From Fidelibacterota bacterium (GTDB lineage: Bacteria > Fidelibacterota > UBA2242): a stretch of DNA of 44,514 nucleotides. The DNA is taken from NCBI GenBank assembly GCA_023229045.1, contig JALOAB010000002.1, positions 1 through 44,514 on the forward strand, read 5' to 3'. The notes under the pieces are model-generated. The model searched no databases and was not told where the DNA came from. It saw only the letters and a list, made by a program, of their open reading frames with translations. Position 1 is the stretch's first letter, and each line of letters starts with the position of its first letter. The position numbers and the translations under genes were made by a program. Below, one piece after another: positions 42,916 to 44,514 of the stretch.

Positions 42916-43072
42916 ATCTTCGCACACACCGAACAACGTCAGGGTGATAAATATAGGTGTTGCCATACTTTTCGGCTTGTATCAAGCCCTCGCGTCTCAG
43001 GACAGCTAATCTGTACCGGACTACATAAACATCTAATTTTAACTTTGTTGCTATTTGTTCGGCTGTAAGCAT
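42902..43072 (-). CDS. Winged-helix DNA-binding protein (56 aa, below the track cut-off)
   Basis: MLTAEQIATKLKLDVYVVRYRLAVLRREGLIQAEKYGNTYIYHP.. AGGA 7 nt upstream. First gene after a promoter-like site. Confidence 0.6.
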   Translation of the reverse strand: MLTAEQIATKLKLDVYVVRYRLAVLRREGLIQAEKYGNTYIYHPDVVRCVRRYGAN

Positions 43073-43098
43073 AAGTTATTCCTGATTGTTTTTTCTTA

Positions 43099-43127
43099 AT
43101 ACTAATAACCTTATCGGTGGATTGCAA
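43099..43127 (-). promoter_or_regulatory. Sigma70-like promoter for the early/regulatory leftward genes
   Basis: - strand TTGCAA (43122-43127), 17 nt, TAGTAT (rc 43099-43104), in an AT-rich 157-bp gap. Confidence 0.35.
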
Positions 43128-43229
43128 ACAATTTCCTTAAAGATTTTTAAAATTTATTTTTAAGCATTTCCAAGATTGCGTTATATTGCAGCCGGAGGCT
43201 TCGTCTGGCACTTTTACGAGTCTAAATTA

Positions 43230-43607
43230 CTATCTGTCCAATTCTCGTTTTACTTTCCGCCAATAGTTTTCTGTCGCCTTTTTTTGGTGGCCGTTTGGCC
43301 CGCCATTAAACTTTCTGGCGCGTTCTTCTATTGTTCCGCCGTAGTGATTAAGGTAGATATTCGCCATTTCGATAGACTTGGCTCTGGAGTATCTATCTTG
43401 CAGAGTATATTTATCCTTGCCGATTATGCGGTTCACGTCCTTGACAAAAATAGGGTGAATCTGTAAGCAGCCGACCGCAAGGCCGCCGTCCCCGATTGCT
43501 TGGTCATTGCCAGAGCTTTCGACCTGAATCAAGGCTTGAATCAACCTGTCGTTGTCAGCTTGACTAATCCCTACAATCGTTATAACCGCTAAAATCGTTA
43601 GTCTCAT
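43230..43607 (-). CDS. Lytic transglycosylase (SLT-domain) endolysin candidate with a signal peptide
   Basis: Start at MRLTILAVITIVGISQA. LIQVESSGNDQAIGDGGLAVGCLQI is the SLT E-S motif block. Confidence 0.7.
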   Translation of the reverse strand: MRLTILAVITIVGISQADNDRLIQALIQVESSGNDQAIGDGGLAVGCLQIHPIFVKDVNRIIGKDKYTLQDRYSRAKSIEMANIYLNHYGGTIEERARKFNGGPNGHQKKATENYWRKVKRELDR

Positions 43608-43617
43608 CTTCGTTCCC

Positions 43618-43758
43618 CTAAAGCTCAAAATAATAAATTCTGTGTAGATATTTGACAACTTGTGTCATAGTTTTTGTTATCGCCCTTTGGATAGTCGGTA
43701 ATTCGGCCTGCCAATTTGCCCCCAAAGCCAGAGCAGCTAATAAGATTATAGTATTCAT
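43618..43758 (-). CDS. Small protein with an N-terminal hydrophobic leader (46 aa); holin/spanin-type candidate
   Basis: MNTIILLAALALGANWQAEL.. AAGGAA RBS. Below the track cut-off. Confidence 0.45.
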   Translation of the reverse strand: MNTIILLAALALGANWQAELPTIQRAITKTMTQVVKYLHRIYYFEL

Positions 43759-43804
43759 AATATTTCCTTATAATAACAGGGCTTCCCTGCCCTTCGCCAG
43801 TCCG

Positions 43805-43948
43805 TTATCTCTGGGTGTTTACGGTCGTCCAGTCCTGCAAGTCCTGCCCGAATCCGTGTACGGTCGAGCAGCCGGAGGCCGATAGAACGATGTAAAATAT
43901 CGCTACTATCGCAGTCCACTCAACCACCTTAACAAGTAACTCTTTCAT
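43805..43948 (-). CDS. Entericidin (EcnA/B)-like small lipoprotein (47 aa)
   Basis: MKELLVKVVEWTAIVAIFYIVLSASGCSTVHGFGQDLQDW.. compared with the entericidin mature start GC-N-T-x-R-G-x-G-x-D-I as recalled. AGGAG RBS. Below the track cut-off. Confidence 0.55.
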   Translation of the reverse strand: MKELLVKVVEWTAIVAIFYIVLSASGCSTVHGFGQDLQDWTTVNTQR

Positions 43949-44108
43949 AATGCTTTCTCCTATCCCTCAATTCTATTAACTGCCCCCGCCACTTAGCCAC
44001 AAAGCCAAGCAACTTTTTTCTACTTTCGGGGCTTCTTTCTTGTTGTAATAAACCCATTGCGTCATCTATGGCATCGAGTAACATTCTTTCCCTGTGTGTT
44101 ATTCGCAT
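43929..44108 (-). CDS. Hypothetical protein (59 aa), first gene of the leftward arm
   Basis: MRITHRERMLLDAIDDAMGLLQQE.. AAAGGGG RBS. Overlaps the next start by 20 nt. Confidence 0.5.
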   Translation of the reverse strand: MRITHRERMLLDAIDDAMGLLQQERSPESRKKLLGFVAKWRGQLIELRDRRKHYERVTC

Positions 44109-44130
44109 ATTGCACCCCTTTCTACAATAA

Positions 44131-44159
44131 ACTCTAATCTATATTTCGACAAATTCCAA
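44131..44159 (-). promoter_or_regulatory. Candidate leftward promoter
   Basis: - strand TTGGAA (rc 44154-44159), 17 nt, TAGAGT (rc 44131-44136). Confidence 0.3.
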
Positions 44160-44166
44160 AAAGAAC

Positions 44167-44195
44167 TTGACAAAAAAATTAAGATATGTTAAAAA
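44167..44195 (+). promoter_or_regulatory. Candidate rightward promoter, back to back with the leftward one
   Basis: TTGACA (44167-44172), 17 nt, TAAAAA. Confidence 0.3.
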
Positions 44196-44291
44196 ATTAT
44201 TACTAAGGCAGGCAGATAGACAGAAAGGTAGGACGGTTACACTTGAGATACCTAACCCCTAAAATTTTTTTTATTTTCCCGAAGATTTTTC

Positions 44292-44321
44292 TTGACAGGC
44301 ATATTGCAGGTTGTGTAATAT
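44292..44321 (+). promoter_or_regulatory. Near-consensus sigma70-like promoter with no downstream ORF
   Basis: TTGACA (44292-44297), 18 nt, TAATAT (44316-44321). Confidence 0.5.
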
Positions 44322-44327
44322 GGCAGT

Positions 44328-44453
44328 ATGATATCACGATATATTGACAATTTGGCATTTTACGGCGGTTTGTGTATCGCAAACCGTATTCTCATCACGC
44401 AGACCGCCACTACATATAAGACCTCGTTTCTTACAAAGAAGCGGGGTTTTTTT
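44328..44453 (+). ncRNA. Candidate ~125-nt non-coding transcript (promoter-to-terminator unit across the junction)
   Basis: Bounded by the 44292 promoter and the 44422-44453 terminator. Contains a CGGTTTG-tgtatcg-CAAACCG hairpin (44366-44386). No SD-preceded ORF. Confidence 0.3.
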
Positions 44454-44514
44454 AAGGATTTAATTACTGGCAGAAGTGCCATATTCTTAATAGAAGTATA
44501 ACTTATACTACTAT
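44388..44514. repeat. Terminal direct repeat, copy 2 (identical to 1-127)
   Basis: Same 127 bases as 1-127. The window ends inside the repeat, so its true length cannot be judged. Confidence 0.95.
44422..44453 (+). terminator. Same intrinsic terminator (second repeat copy), downstream of the 44292 promoter
   Basis: Identical hairpin plus T7 run. It lies about 100 nt downstream of a near-consensus + strand promoter. Confidence 0.6.

Noticed and set aside
1-44514. Genome-wide stop-codon (TAG) recoding, prompted by in-frame continuations after TAG at 30208 and 1674.
   Set aside because: TAG cleanly terminates well-defined genes (terS at 2927, 5223-5435, the lipoprotein at 13981). All large structural genes are uninterrupted under the standard code. 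The 30208 case is treated as a local event.
1-44514. CRISPR arrays, rRNA genes and transposase/IS elements.
   Set aside because: No regularly spaced 25-40-bp repeats, no rRNA-like conserved stretches, and no transposase-like ORFs or inverted terminal repeats were seen on reading the sequence.

Overview
The window is one complete phage genome, podovirus-like and probably a metagenome-assembled contig. Bases 1-127 recur exactly at 44388-44514, so the unit is 44,387 bp and closes on itself.

Rightward (+) arm, about 2.2-29.9 kb: small terminase, Zn-ribbon protein, HNH endonuclease, large terminase, T7-gp8-like portal, scaffold, major capsid and a decoration-like protein. These are followed by a repeat-rich fibre-like protein, a lipoprotein, a gp11-like adaptor, and a very large gp12-like nozzle carrying lectin-type inserts. 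The arm ends with a GNAT-like protein, four large internal-virion (ejection-type) proteins, two small membrane/coiled-coil proteins, and LamG and BNR/sialidase-like receptor-binding candidates.

Leftward (-) arm, 44.1-29.9 kb: a lysis-type cassette (entericidin-like lipoprotein, small membrane protein, signal-peptide SLT transglycosylase) and small wHTH/Zn-ribbon/XRE regulators. Next come a Cas4-like exonuclease, a protein with an SSB-type DDSDIPF tail, an RNA ligase, a DUF1064 nuclease, a replisome organiser, a DnaC-like loader and a RuvC-like resolvase. The arm ends in a tightly coupled accessory cassette: YiiX-like permuted papain fold, nucleoside 2-deoxyribosyltransferase-like protein, MmcB-like nuclease, an N4/N6 methyltransferase interrupted by a LAGLIDADG-like domain, and a papain C1 peptidase.

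A second short leftward block (1970-635) ends in an AlpA/excisionase-like HTH gene. About 0.9 kb spanning the circular junction (44109-44387 plus 1-634) is ORF-free but dense in sigma70-like promoters, terminators and hairpins.

I found no DNA or RNA polymerase, integrase, reverse transcriptase, canonical tRNA, rRNA or CRISPR array. All functional calls come from motifs I read in the translations and recall of protein families. No database search was run.
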